Shown here: one piece after another, positions 1 through 9,445 of the stretch
Position numbering within the stretch: the first letter of the stretch is position 1
Layout: every line of letters starts with the position of its first letter
IMG/VR virus record: IMGVR_UViG_3300030103_005599
Direction: 5' to 3' (one strand)
Length of the DNA stretch: 64,000 nucleotides
Source: an uncultured virus (IMG/VR IMGVR_UViG_3300030103_005599)
Lineage: Duplodnaviria > Heunggongvirae > Uroviricota > Caudoviricetes
Program-made: the position numbers and the translations under genes
The notes under the pieces: model-generated
The model's input: the letters and a program-made list of their open reading frames with translations, nothing else
What the model was told of the DNA's origin: nothing
The model's database searches: none

Positions 1-817
1 CGATAGAAGCACATATTTGGAATTTTGGAAAGTGTTTCAATATATCATCAAACAAGTTGTATTTGTAAAAATGTATTCTACTCATGTTTGAGTTGTACCT
101 TGCTAGTACTTGGTCCTGATAGCCTAGTTCAATGATCCTCTTCATTGCTTCCCAATGTATTTTCCACATCAACGGTTCTCCTCCGCACCAATATAATTCT
201 GTGATACGTTTTTGCTCAACTGCCTGTGTAAATTCTTTTACTATTTGTTGATCGTGGAATTTAGATAATTGTTCTTTGATATCTTTCCTGCCCCAGATCC
301 TATAATTTTCGTAGTCGCCTTTTCCGTGTTTTTTGTTTTCAGTTTCCCAACTACTGCTTAACATATCGCCACACATCCTACAACTGAAGTTGCACAGGTT
401 AGAAAATCTATAATCAAAACTTTCTGTCTGCATAGTCGTGGCACCTGTTTCGTCTGTGCTGTCAAATGCTTCGTCAATTTTATTTCTATACAGCCAATTG
501 AAGTGTTGCCTATATACCTGTTCATTTAATAGTTTGTGATTGCACACAGCACACTGCGGTATTTCTTCGCCTGCTAATAACTTTAACCTCACGCTTTTCA
601 TATAGTCTGAATTCCAGTGTTGTTCTAGTGAGGTAAGATTTATCTTATCATTGTGTCCTTTTGGATCTATCGTGTCTATGTATTGCTTGAAGTTTTCCGA
701 TGACTCTCTAGAACTGCAACACAACCTTCTCTCCATCTGTGGGGATAGGTAAGTGTGTGTCCACGGGGCCATGCAAAATGTTTTATTGCCCTCATTAGGT
801 TTGATCCTATTTGTCAT
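1..817 (-). CDS. Radical SAM protein with N-terminal twitch/SPASM-like Cys motif (3' end runs off the window)
   Basis: Read by hand: ATG at 817 gives MTNRIKPNEGNKTFCMAPW...LCCSS, later NLCNFSCRMC (CxxxCxxC) and WCGGEPL. Not in the ORF track because it is truncated. Confidence 0.85.
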   Translation of the reverse strand, partial: MTNRIKPNEGNKTFCMAPWTHTYLSPQMERRLCCSSRESSENFKQYIDTIDPKGHNDKINLTSLEQHWNSDYMKSVRLKLLAGEEIPQCAVCNHKLLNEQVYRQHFNWLYRNKIDEAFDSTDETGATTMQTESFDYRFSNLCNFSCRMCGDMLSSSWETENKKHGKGDYENYRIWGRKDIKEQLSKFHDQQIVKEFTQAVEQKRITELYWCGGEPLMWKIHWEAMKRIIELGYQDQVLARYNSNMSRIHFYKYNLFDDILKHFPKFQICASI

Positions 818-2096
818 ATTTGTCAAAAAGTTCCTTCCATTCAGGGAACACCTCTATAAATTTTTCATTTCTTACTTCGTCATACTTCTTCGTTCTTTCA
901 AAAAACCATGGAAGATGCCTAGTATTATCTTTCTTGAACATCCAATCCAAAGCAGATTCATATCCCTTACTAGCACGAGTAAGATGATCCTGTTCCTTTA
1001 ACCATTTTAAATGTGTTGTATATTTTTCTTTGATCTGTTCTTTAAATTCTAATGGAAGAATGTCCATTCTTTGCCAAGTTGGCATTTGTAAAAGGTTATA
1101 GTTAAAATCCTGTGGTTTGATTAGGCCTTGCTCTACCCAACTCCTATGAAAGTCTGCAACGTGAAATGCATTTGGAAGACTCACAGTCGAAGAAATATAA
1201 AAGTCGACCTTTGGACATACTTCCATCATTCTTTTTCTATTGGCAATAGTCTGTTCCCATTTAGTGCCGGTACGCATCAACTCTGCACGTGGCCCTTCAG
1301 CGTCAAGACTGGCACCAACAGATACAGAATCAAATTTATTCCATAATTCTAATACATCCATGTCTTTGAATTTAAGGCGTGAAAAATTAGTATTGTATAT
1401 CAATCTAATATGATATGCCTTTCTTCTATCTAATTCTTTTAAAATCCTATAATGCTCTTCCATTATCAATGGTTCTCCACCTGCAAAATAAAATTGTTCA
1501 GCATGATCGATATTTTCCAAAACCTGTTCCCACATATCGTCTGCTTTCCTGCCAACTTTTATTATCTTGGCATGGTTAGGTGGGCCACCATTTATTTTAA
1601 TATGATCCTCATACCAATTAGAACTAAACCATGTTCCACAACTTCTACATGCAAAATTACATATATTGCTAAATCTTATATCCCAATATTTCATTACAAA
1701 GTCTGCGGTACCGTCTGCTTGGGTTGAATCTACTAAATTAATGTTGTGTCCAAAATGCTTGTTTGAACTTAAACGCAATGAAAAGAACCCCGAGTCTTCT
1801 TGGTCATAACACTTCACACACTGTTTGCATTTCTTACCTGACAACATGTTCCTACGCATTTCCTTCATTTTATCATTGTTGAAAACTTCCTTCATACTGT
1901 TTTTGTTGAAGTCTCCAACCGGATAGCGATCAAAACTAAAACAACAAGGGTATGCCCTGCCATCAGGGTATGCATGGAGATGCATCCAAGGAAGCATACA
2001 GAAAGTGTCACTTTCTATCAGGAGTTCCTTCTGACGGTCCGTCATGTCCTTAATTTTTAATTTTTCAGGCTCTTTTGCCCCGTAATCATATGCCAC
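807..2096 (-). CDS. Radical SAM protein (twitch-like N-terminus)
   Basis: FCMLPW...PCC, CVKC, CNFACRSC, FAGGEP motifs. Confidence 0.9.
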   Translation of the reverse strand: MAYDYGAKEPEKLKIKDMTDRQKELLIESDTFCMLPWMHLHAYPDGRAYPCCFSFDRYPVGDFNKNSMKEVFNNDKMKEMRRNMLSGKKCKQCVKCYDQEDSGFFSLRLSSNKHFGHNINLVDSTQADGTADFVMKYWDIRFSNICNFACRSCGTWFSSNWYEDHIKINGGPPNHAKIIKVGRKADDMWEQVLENIDHAEQFYFAGGEPLIMEEHYRILKELDRRKAYHIRLIYNTNFSRLKFKDMDVLELWNKFDSVSVGASLDAEGPRAELMRTGTKWEQTIANRKRMMEVCPKVDFYISSTVSLPNAFHVADFHRSWVEQGLIKPQDFNYNLLQMPTWQRMDILPLEFKEQIKEKYTTHLKWLKEQDHLTRASKGYESALDWMFKKDNTRHLPWFFERTKKYDEVRNEKFIEVFPEWKELFDKYDK

Positions 2097-3429
2097 GGTA
2101 CCATTCTCCTATAATTGGGAAAGTCTTTTCAAAGTCCTTTCCTTGTCGTTTGTCATATTGGCTGTAAAATGCCTTGAAATCCTTTTGCAGTTTGCTTTGT
2201 TCGGCCGCACCTGCGTGTGGTGTCTTCACTACATCTAAATAATCTATTAATCTTTGTGTATGATTCACTTCCATTTGTTCTAAATATTTTTCATTCTTAC
2301 TTAAAAACTTTACCAGGTCCATTTTAAATTTATTCCTCAAGTCATCCGGTAGTACTAGCGGCGATTGAAAACTAGGAAATCTCAAAATGTTAAGTGTGTA
2401 ATTGATGGTTGGTCCATATATTGCACTTGCTGTTTTAAACCAAACCATTTTCTCTAAAAATTCAGGCAATGATTCTAAACACAAGGCATTTATGGTACAC
2501 ATATTATGAATTTCAGATGGAACTTTATCAACCATCATATGTAACAGATTAGAGTGCCATTCTCCATAATTGAGTCCATCTCTGATATACTCTGCTTGTT
2601 TAAATGTTGCTTCACAACTTGTATACAAATGAAAGTTTTTAAATCCTTTCAGTTTGTTTTTGAATCTATCAATAATACTTTGTTTGGCGCCAAGATTTGA
2701 ATTTATTGCAATACGCATACCAGGTCTCATTTTGTCACCTTGCGTTTCTATCCAATCAAGCAGTCTCCATAGGTTAGGAGACATCATTGGTTCTCCTCCC
2801 GTGATACGCAATTCGTCTAGTGTTTTATGCAGATCGCTCTCCCACCATTTATAAAATGCCTCGACATAAGGATTGGTCTCATCTTTTTTGTATGGTTCCG
2901 CTGAATCATGTGCATGAGTGAAGTGGTTACGTCCATCAGACATTAGGCTCATATATGGTCCTTGATTTTTAATGTTGTTTGCCCATGTTGTACTAAAAGC
3001 AGGATTACAATATGTGCAGGCAAACTGACACACTCTATCAAAAGCAATTTCCAAGGTCCTTAAATTAAAATTTCTGTTATGATCTGATTTGTATGCGTCG
3101 TCCAATTCCTTATCAGTGTAAATTTTTGATTTATATACCCTGTCACTGATTGCGTCTCTGCCGATGTCCTCTATCTTCCAGCAATATTCACATCCTGCAG
3201 GCCTATCACCACACTGCATTTGCCTACGTTGCTCTTTCTTTTGCCGTGTGTTGTGTATGGCGCTCGGATTTGTCTTGATCTCCTCAAGATCAATTTTGTG
3301 AGGTAAAGGATGGTGGCAACTTGTGGTCATACCACTGCCCAACCAGATAGTTGCGTTGTACCACTTGGCCGCACAAAAACTTGCGGATTTAGTATCTAAC
3401 TTTTGCTTTTTAAATTGTAAGTCGTCCAT
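2086..3429 (-). CDS. Radical SAM protein
   Basis: FCAAKW...SCHHP, CEYC, CQFACTYC, ITGGEP. Confidence 0.9.
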   Translation of the reverse strand: MDDLQFKKQKLDTKSASFCAAKWYNATIWLGSGMTTSCHHPLPHKIDLEEIKTNPSAIHNTRQKKEQRRQMQCGDRPAGCEYCWKIEDIGRDAISDRVYKSKIYTDKELDDAYKSDHNRNFNLRTLEIAFDRVCQFACTYCNPAFSTTWANNIKNQGPYMSLMSDGRNHFTHAHDSAEPYKKDETNPYVEAFYKWWESDLHKTLDELRITGGEPMMSPNLWRLLDWIETQGDKMRPGMRIAINSNLGAKQSIIDRFKNKLKGFKNFHLYTSCEATFKQAEYIRDGLNYGEWHSNLLHMMVDKVPSEIHNMCTINALCLESLPEFLEKMVWFKTASAIYGPTINYTLNILRFPSFQSPLVLPDDLRNKFKMDLVKFLSKNEKYLEQMEVNHTQRLIDYLDVVKTPHAGAAEQSKLQKDFKAFYSQYDKRQGKDFEKTFPIIGEWYRGI

Positions 3430-4012
3430 AAATCTTTTCTGCCCATTGTTGATTCTGTTCCACTGTCATATGGTTGATAGTGCCTTTGCCCCAGTTGTCG
3501 TTACCCCCACTAAATTCGAATATGCTTTCGTCTATGAATGTGCCTGTGGATAATTTTATTCCTGCATCTTTGTCAGCGGTTTCAAAAGGGCGGAAACTCC
3601 ACATCTGTACTATCTCACTTTTAACTTTTGACAGCACATTTTGATCGTAATACTTTAGGGCATATTCGTATGCCATTTCGTCTTTATCGTAGTTGTGTAG
3701 ATATTTCCAATAGTTGTCTAAGGTCTCATATACTTTTGGATCTACTCCCTCCAATGGTTGTGTATTTGCACTCAAAATTAAATTGGGATGGTACAATCTG
3801 TAAGGCTCTGTCCAGCAAAATATAGATATATCCGGTACCCTATCTTGTTGTATTAATCTATTGAATCTAAACATTGCACTCCATATGCTTCTCCCAGGCT
3901 CACCGAACCACCTTATTCGATTGGCGCCTAGTTTTTCCTGAAGTATATTGCACCAACTCTCGGGTTGATTACTTGCACAAAAACTGTCTCCAAAAAATCC
4001 TATACTTTTCAT
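3410..4012 (-). CDS. SGNH/GDSL hydrolase-like protein
   Basis: N-terminal FFGDSF and C-terminal NHM motif; overlaps both neighbours. Confidence 0.55.
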   Translation of the reverse strand: MKSIGFFGDSFCASNQPESWCNILQEKLGANRIRWFGEPGRSIWSAMFRFNRLIQQDRVPDISIFCWTEPYRLYHPNLILSANTQPLEGVDPKVYETLDNYWKYLHNYDKDEMAYEYALKYYDQNVLSKVKSEIVQMWSFRPFETADKDAGIKLSTGTFIDESIFEFSGGNDNWGKGTINHMTVEQNQQWAEKIYGRLTI

Positions 4013-5379
4013 ATATTACTGCACTCCGCCCAAAAATCTTCCATTTCTGGAAATGTGTTTAAAAATCTTGTAGTACGTCTGCGATCGTGTTCAGTAAAAA
4101 AAGCGTAAAAGTTTTTTTTATTTTGCGTACTTGCGTCAGCGTTTTCGCGCCAATATGCGAGATTCCTCTGCATCTTCTGAATTTCAAAATCCTTGAATAT
4201 GTGCAACCCGTTGTCCTCGCCAGAATTATTTTTCATGTATTCTATGTTGGCCTCATGTATGCTCTGATAGGACTCGGGCAAAAGTGTGATCTGTTGCCAA
4301 GCAGGTTGCCGCAACAGTGGCACATCGAACCATACACGCTGATAGGTCTTGCTGTACTTTGTTCGCAGTTCAAGTATCTTCTCCAGCAGTTTATCCATAC
4401 TTGTGATGCTGAGATTGTTGTATGTGCAGATAAATGTTATCGAATTACGCACAGGTATTCTATCTAGGAATTCCTCGACGTTGTCCATCATGTAATTGAA
4501 ATCCAGGCCGTCACGTATGTATTCTGCACGTTTACCAAATGCATCAACGCTAACAAACTGCATCATGTGTTCCACTTTCTCCTGCATACAGATCGTCTGT
4601 GCCATGTTGAAATACTTCTCTTTCAACTTCTTGTCCGGTGGACACATGTTGCTTGTGACGTTAAGGTGTAGGTCCGCTTTTGGATGATCTATTATGTATT
4701 GGAACACCTTGTAGGTGTTTTTGTCCATCATGGGTTCGCCTCCGGTCATGCGGAAGTGTTTAAGATTCTTGTACAATGTGGGCCACCATTTCCAGAACGC
4801 TGTCACATAGGGGTTTTCCTCCCTGTTCGGTATCGGACGTCTCCTGCCCTGAAAGTGCTCTGGTGCATTGTGGGGAGGGGTGGTCGGATATTGGCCATAA
4901 CGTTCCACCTCCTTGCCCCACGTTGTTGAGAATTGCGGAGAACAGTAACTACACTTGAAGTTACAAGCGTTGTTAAAGTTTACCTCCACATACCTCGGTG
5001 TCCAACTTGTTGTCATTGGATTCTGTTTGATCTGCTCGAAGTCCTGCATGGCCCATGGCTCCCCGGACCTGTAGTGCCTGTCCGACATCTCACCGGTGTC
5101 CTCCAGTTTCCAGCAGTATGAACATCCTTTGGGACGTTCGCCTTGTAGCATTTGAAATCTTTGTTCCAGTTTTTCCACTGTGTTGTGCAGTGCGGCCGGA
5201 TTCCTCTCCAGTTGCCTTGCGTCAATGTTGTGCAGTGGTGGATGATAACAGGAGTTGGTCATGCCTGTTGGCAGATGCAGTGACGTCTGGTTCCATTTGG
5301 CCAGACACATCGTGGGAGAAATTTGCTTTAATTTATCCTTGGCCTTCAGTGCGTCTGCTTTGTAATCACTGGTACTCAC
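4009..5379 (-). CDS. Radical SAM protein
   Basis: CLAKW...SCYHP, CSYC, CNFKCSYC, MTGGEP. Start moved to GTG 5379, which has an upstream GGGAG RBS and overlaps the previous stop. Confidence 0.88.
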   Translation of the reverse strand: MSTSDYKADALKAKDKLKQISPTMCLAKWNQTSLHLPTGMTNSCYHPPLHNIDARQLERNPAALHNTVEKLEQRFQMLQGERPKGCSYCWKLEDTGEMSDRHYRSGEPWAMQDFEQIKQNPMTTSWTPRYVEVNFNNACNFKCSYCSPQFSTTWGKEVERYGQYPTTPPHNAPEHFQGRRRPIPNREENPYVTAFWKWWPTLYKNLKHFRMTGGEPMMDKNTYKVFQYIIDHPKADLHLNVTSNMCPPDKKLKEKYFNMAQTICMQEKVEHMMQFVSVDAFGKRAEYIRDGLDFNYMMDNVEEFLDRIPVRNSITFICTYNNLSITSMDKLLEKILELRTKYSKTYQRVWFDVPLLRQPAWQQITLLPESYQSIHEANIEYMKNNSGEDNGLHIFKDFEIQKMQRNLAYWRENADASTQNKKNFYAFFTEHDRRRTTRFLNTFPEMEDFWAECSNI

Positions 5380-6265
5380 GATCTTGCACTCCCTTGTTGA
5401 TATGCCTTGGCATGATGAATCTATAGAACCTGCTGTCCTCTTCGCTGTAATCTGCAATTGGTATGTCCAATTGCTGTCGCAGGCTATTGCCAAATGCATG
5501 TAGTTGTTCGTCAATGTTATCCTTGTCTATCTCGTTGAAATAGTTCTGCATTTCATCGAGGTCCCTTATCTTAAAAAATTCGTTGTTTGGTTCCAGCACC
5601 GTATAGAAGCACCCCATCCTCGCTCCCAACATTGCATACTTGCCATTCTCCACATCTGCACCGATCGTGCACCAGGTACTGAGTATGTTGAGATTGTTCC
5701 TCCATATTGTTCGAGAGTAGTTTTTGGCAGTGATAGGCTTGCCTTTGTCCGTGCTCATCTTTACGCCTTCCCTGTATCCGGCCACAAAAGCCTGCTGTGG
5801 CGTGGCGTTTATCACTGTCTCGGAGTAGCAGTTGTGCAGGTTTTCGTGTGGCACACCCCAACAGAAATCTATTTGGTTTTCATCTGCGTCAGCGTTCTCA
5901 TGGGTCTTCATTTCCATGCACGTCTTTTTGTTCCACCCCACCAAACCGCCATTGCCATACACAAGGCCATTGATGTTGTTCCTTGCCCGCCATCTGTGTA
6001 CTGCATCTTTGTTGGTTTTTGACCAGTCAAGTGTTTGCAATAAAAAACTTTCGTCGATTATGTTGTCACCGTCCACACTAATGAAAAAATCAGTTTCCGC
6101 TTTGTCCGCCGCGGCCTTGTGGGCGTTGTCGAACCCAACAACACCATCCACACGTTTTGCCCATGGCACTTTGTTCTTAAGGTCGATCCAGTTCTGTTCT
6201 TTGTTTGGCTCTTTGAAAGAGATATAAACAAAATCCAAATCGCTTATTCTGACTCTATCTGCCAT
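5366..6265 (-). CDS. Putative glycosyltransferase (GT-A-like)
   Basis: FFISVDGDN DxD motif after AHKAAA helix; start set at MADRV (6265). Confidence 0.55.
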   Translation of the reverse strand: MADRVRISDLDFVYISFKEPNKEQNWIDLKNKVPWAKRVDGVVGFDNAHKAAADKAETDFFISVDGDNIIDESFLLQTLDWSKTNKDAVHRWRARNNINGLVYGNGGLVGWNKKTCMEMKTHENADADENQIDFCWGVPHENLHNCYSETVINATPQQAFVAGYREGVKMSTDKGKPITAKNYSRTIWRNNLNILSTWCTIGADVENGKYAMLGARMGCFYTVLEPNNEFFKIRDLDEMQNYFNEIDKDNIDEQLHAFGNSLRQQLDIPIADYSEEDSRFYRFIMPRHINKGVQDREYQ

Positions 6266-6555
6266 TCGTATCCTTCCTCTGTGGTGCCTTCGACCCAACA
6301 CGGATCGTTGTCTAAAAAGTTCATTCCGTTTTTTTTGTTAGCAAGTGTAGTAAAGACACGTTTGGTTTTTTGCCTGGGACGTAACTTGATCTCGGGTCCA
6401 AACTTTGCAGGCTTGATCATGTACTTCTCCTCACCATGCCGCATTATTTCTAATTTCTTTTCAAGATTCACTTGTATCTTTTTGCCATCTATAGTGACGA
6501 AATGCTTTTTGACCGGTGGCTTGTAGTTTCTCCAACTTGCAAATATATCAGACAT
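6244..6555 (-). CDS. Hypothetical protein
   Basis: 103-aa ORF overlapping both neighbours in the operon. Confidence 0.7.
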   Translation of the reverse strand: MSDIFASWRNYKPPVKKHFVTIDGKKIQVNLEKKLEIMRHGEEKYMIKPAKFGPEIKLRPRQKTKRVFTTLANKKNGMNFLDNDPCWVEGTTEEGYEWQIESE

Positions 6556-7333
6556 CTAAAATTTTCCTTAATTTTTTGTTGTGGTAGTGGACAATACGGT
6601 TCTGCCTGTGTGCGCCTATGTATAATCTGTCGACTAGTGCAATAGGATTGAGATAGTTGTCATTTTCATATGCGACACCATTTATGTATTGTTTGTTGTG
6701 CATAAATTTGAACCATTCGTAATCTATTTTTTTCAATTGCAACGGATCTTGCAATTTGTTTGCGAGGGCATAAACCACATCGGTAGTTGGCTGATCGTCG
6801 TGGCAGTTTATGAGAACATCTTTTTTAATATCTTCCCAGTTCTGTGTTATCGTCCTGCAAATATCGTAAAATTCTTTTGCAACTACGCTTCTACGGAAAT
6901 AGTGCAATCCATTATACACATTTGGTAGATCATTCCTGACAAAAAGTTTTCTGTAATGCTTGTCTGTGACAATATCATCTTTGTATGATCTGCAGTTATA
7001 AGAAAACACTTGATCGTGTTGCCAGAGATAATACCACCACCAATCGGTGTTTTGCGTAAACACCATGTCCGCCTCAAGTTTTATAGTGTGAGTAAAAGGC
7101 GTAAGTTGAAATACCTTGTGCTCGTTGTGTAGTTTCCATTCATGCCCTGTGCTGTCATCGTGCTTAAGAACAACCACATGATCAAAAAGAGGATCCTGTA
7201 ATGGCTTGTCGGTGATCACGCACACTTTGTTATGCTTGTTGTATTTCTTAATACTCTTTGACAGTGTTCTGCTGATCTCAACGTAGTCCGTTGTGCTGTT
7301 ATTGATAGCAAACCAAACAAATCCTCTATCCAT
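6548..7333 (-). CDS. Putative nucleotide-sugar transferase (GT8-like)
   Basis: TPFTHTIKLEAD (DxD variant), YNGLHYF, TDVVYALA, HYH. Confidence 0.55.
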   Translation of the reverse strand: MDRGFVWFAINNSTTDYVEISRTLSKSIKKYNKHNKVCVITDKPLQDPLFDHVVVLKHDDSTGHEWKLHNEHKVFQLTPFTHTIKLEADMVFTQNTDWWWYYLWQHDQVFSYNCRSYKDDIVTDKHYRKLFVRNDLPNVYNGLHYFRRSVVAKEFYDICRTITQNWEDIKKDVLINCHDDQPTTDVVYALANKLQDPLQLKKIDYEWFKFMHNKQYINGVAYENDNYLNPIALVDRLYIGAHRQNRIVHYHNKKLRKILDV

Positions 7334-8078
7334 TACACCACTCCTTGTCCATTATGTGTATGTCTTGTTGGTTCACAATGTTCACAGTGTCGCCTTGTTT
7401 AAACATCACTCCTTGCTGGTCGCTTTCTATTATCAAAGCATTATCTGACAACATGCTCATCGGAGTAGGTATCCTTTGATTTATTCCCATTTGATGTAAG
7501 GCTATTGCAAACGCAAAATCGTTGCGATAGTTTGTGTATTTTATTCTGTACAAATTCATGTAATGCACGTAATTTTTTTGTATATGTTTAATAAGTTCAA
7601 AAACTTTTTTTGCCTGTTCCGTTTTAGCAAACAATGTTACGGTTGCCCAGACCAAAGGCAAAGTGCTTTCTTGATCCCCACTTATGCTATCGAGGCCTGT
7701 CATGTCGCTAACTTTATCGTGCAACAATACATCGAACTGTGTGTTCAACAGTTCTAAAAGTTTGTCACTAAAAACAAAATAGTCACAATCCATCAGGATT
7801 GTTTTATCATAAGGTGAGTGTTCGAAGGCCAAAACACGTTCTTTGTTGTACCACGCAATGTTGTTGCCGCGGTATGCTCTTGTATTTGTTGTGCTTGGCT
7901 CAACAATCTTGTAATTAATCATTCCCATGGGACTGAATTTTTTGAAAGTATCGATGTCAGTGATTATAGTAATAGGAAGTTTAAGTTTTGTTTTGATTTG
8001 TTGCACACACCTTTCGGCCAATTTATGATATTTGACCTGCGGAGTATCAAAACAATATATTAATACGCCAGCGTTCAT
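7326..8078 (-). CDS. Putative nucleotide-sugar transferase (GT8-like), paralog of 6548-7333
   Basis: SPYDKTILMDCD DxD motif, NDFAFAIA. Confidence 0.55.
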   Translation of the reverse strand: MNAGVLIYCFDTPQVKYHKLAERCVQQIKTKLKLPITIITDIDTFKKFSPMGMINYKIVEPSTTNTRAYRGNNIAWYNKERVLAFEHSPYDKTILMDCDYFVFSDKLLELLNTQFDVLLHDKVSDMTGLDSISGDQESTLPLVWATVTLFAKTEQAKKVFELIKHIQKNYVHYMNLYRIKYTNYRNDFAFAIALHQMGINQRIPTPMSMLSDNALIIESDQQGVMFKQGDTVNIVNQQDIHIMDKEWCNG

Positions 8079-8395
8079 TTAAACTTTCTGTTGGCGATAT
8101 CCTCATGTATTTCTTTGTAGGTGTTTAGCGACTCTTGATTTCTCTCAATCAACTTGAACAATAAATCGTCAGGATCTTTCACTTCACATGGATTGTCGTT
8201 CACGTCCATGATCATGAAACAATCGTGCTTGTCTTTTAGGTTGTTTACCAGATTTATTGTTTGTGCATCGGCCTTGAGCAATCTTTCATTGTAGGCCATT
8301 AGTTGCCGAGAGTGCATTCGTTCCAATGCATTCTTCTTGGCCTGTGATGCCTTGAAGTTTAGGTCTGCCTGTTTTTTGATATTGCCAATATCCAT
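8075..8395 (-). CDS. Hypothetical protein
   Basis: 106-aa ORF, first gene of the GT/radical SAM run. Confidence 0.7.
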   Translation of the reverse strand: MDIGNIKKQADLNFKASQAKKNALERMHSRQLMAYNERLLKADAQTINLVNNLKDKHDCFMIMDVNDNPCEVKDPDDLLFKLIERNQESLNTYKEIHEDIANRKFK

Positions 8396-8469
8396 AACTG
8401 TTAATACAGTTAATTATTTGTGCCGCCAGACAGCAGATAGAAATTTGGCAGTGCGAATAGTTATTATTA

Positions 8470-9444
8470 TTAGGCTGTGTTGTTGCTGACTTCGGCGCTA
8501 CTTGCGATTGCCGCCACACTTGCCAAACCCTGTGCTGTCGTTGGGTTCACTGTGTGTAAAGCAATGTCAGTTTGTCCGATGAAGTTTGCGTATTGGTCAA
8601 CACCAGATGTGTTACCATTGGTAAATTCACTGTCACCTGAGTCTGCATCAGTCAGTGTTGTCTTCATTGTTACAACTGTTGCGTCTGTGATGTCAGTGTT
8701 GTTGAGTTTAGCCTCAACCTTCACATTCATTGAAGTGTATGTGCCTGAAGCCTGTGTTAAACTTATTAAAACTGTATATGAACTGTCTAGGTCTTGCGTA
8801 CCGTTTGCTAGACCGTCAGTTGTAAGTGTTTCACCAGACCCTGATCTTGTTGAAACATTTGAACCTAGGTCAAAGTTTCCGATTGCTGTGATCAATTCAT
8901 CCATTGAACTGTCTTTGGATGTGGCAGAACCTCCACCATTTCCTGTCCTTGTAAACTTCATCCTCATCTTGCCACCTGCGTTGAAGAAGTGCCTTAGATC
9001 GTTGTTGTTGGAAAAAGTGATTGAGTGTTCAACTGTGTGCGAGCCTGTCCATCTTGTGCTAGACTGTGAACTTTGTAATTCTGATGACTCTGAAACTGCT
9101 GTTGCATTGACACATCCGCCAGCGACCGATGCCGCCAGTGTTGCCAGGTTGGCCTCTAGATTGGCTCTTGCTGATATATTCGTTCCTGCGGATACCTCTG
9201 CCGCTGAAGTGATTGAGTCGTTTGTATGATTGGCAATGTTTGTCATGCCTGTGAATAATGTGTTGAACTGTGCCGCTGTAATGTTACCAGCACTTGCTGA
9301 CACTTGTTCTATGTGTGTTTGGCCTAGGCCATACTGTGATGCTCCTGTGCCTGCGAAGTGGTTGTATCCAAAAGGACTAGTTGAATTGTTTACAAAGATA
9401 TTATACTGCGCCGCAGTAATTGTATCTCCTGATGCATATGCCAT
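8470..9444 (-). CDS. Putative virion structural protein (tail/fibre-associated)
   Basis: S/T/G/A/N-rich, MAY start, FFNAGG motif, directly after a fibre-like gene. Confidence 0.6.
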   Translation of the reverse strand: MAYASGDTITAAQYNIFVNNSTSPFGYNHFAGTGASQYGLGQTHIEQVSASAGNITAAQFNTLFTGMTNIANHTNDSITSAAEVSAGTNISARANLEANLATLAASVAGGCVNATAVSESSELQSSQSSTRWTGSHTVEHSITFSNNNDLRHFFNAGGKMRMKFTRTGNGGGSATSKDSSMDELITAIGNFDLGSNVSTRSGSGETLTTDGLANGTQDLDSSYTVLISLTQASGTYTSMNVKVEAKLNNTDITDATVVTMKTTLTDADSGDSEFTNGNTSGVDQYANFIGQTDIALHTVNPTTAQGLASVAAIASSAEVSNNTA

Positions 9445-9445
9445 T

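Noticed and set aside
8420..8456. Weak hairpin between 8470-9444 and 8075-8395
   Set aside because: Short imperfect stem, large loop and no U-tract, so not called as a terminator
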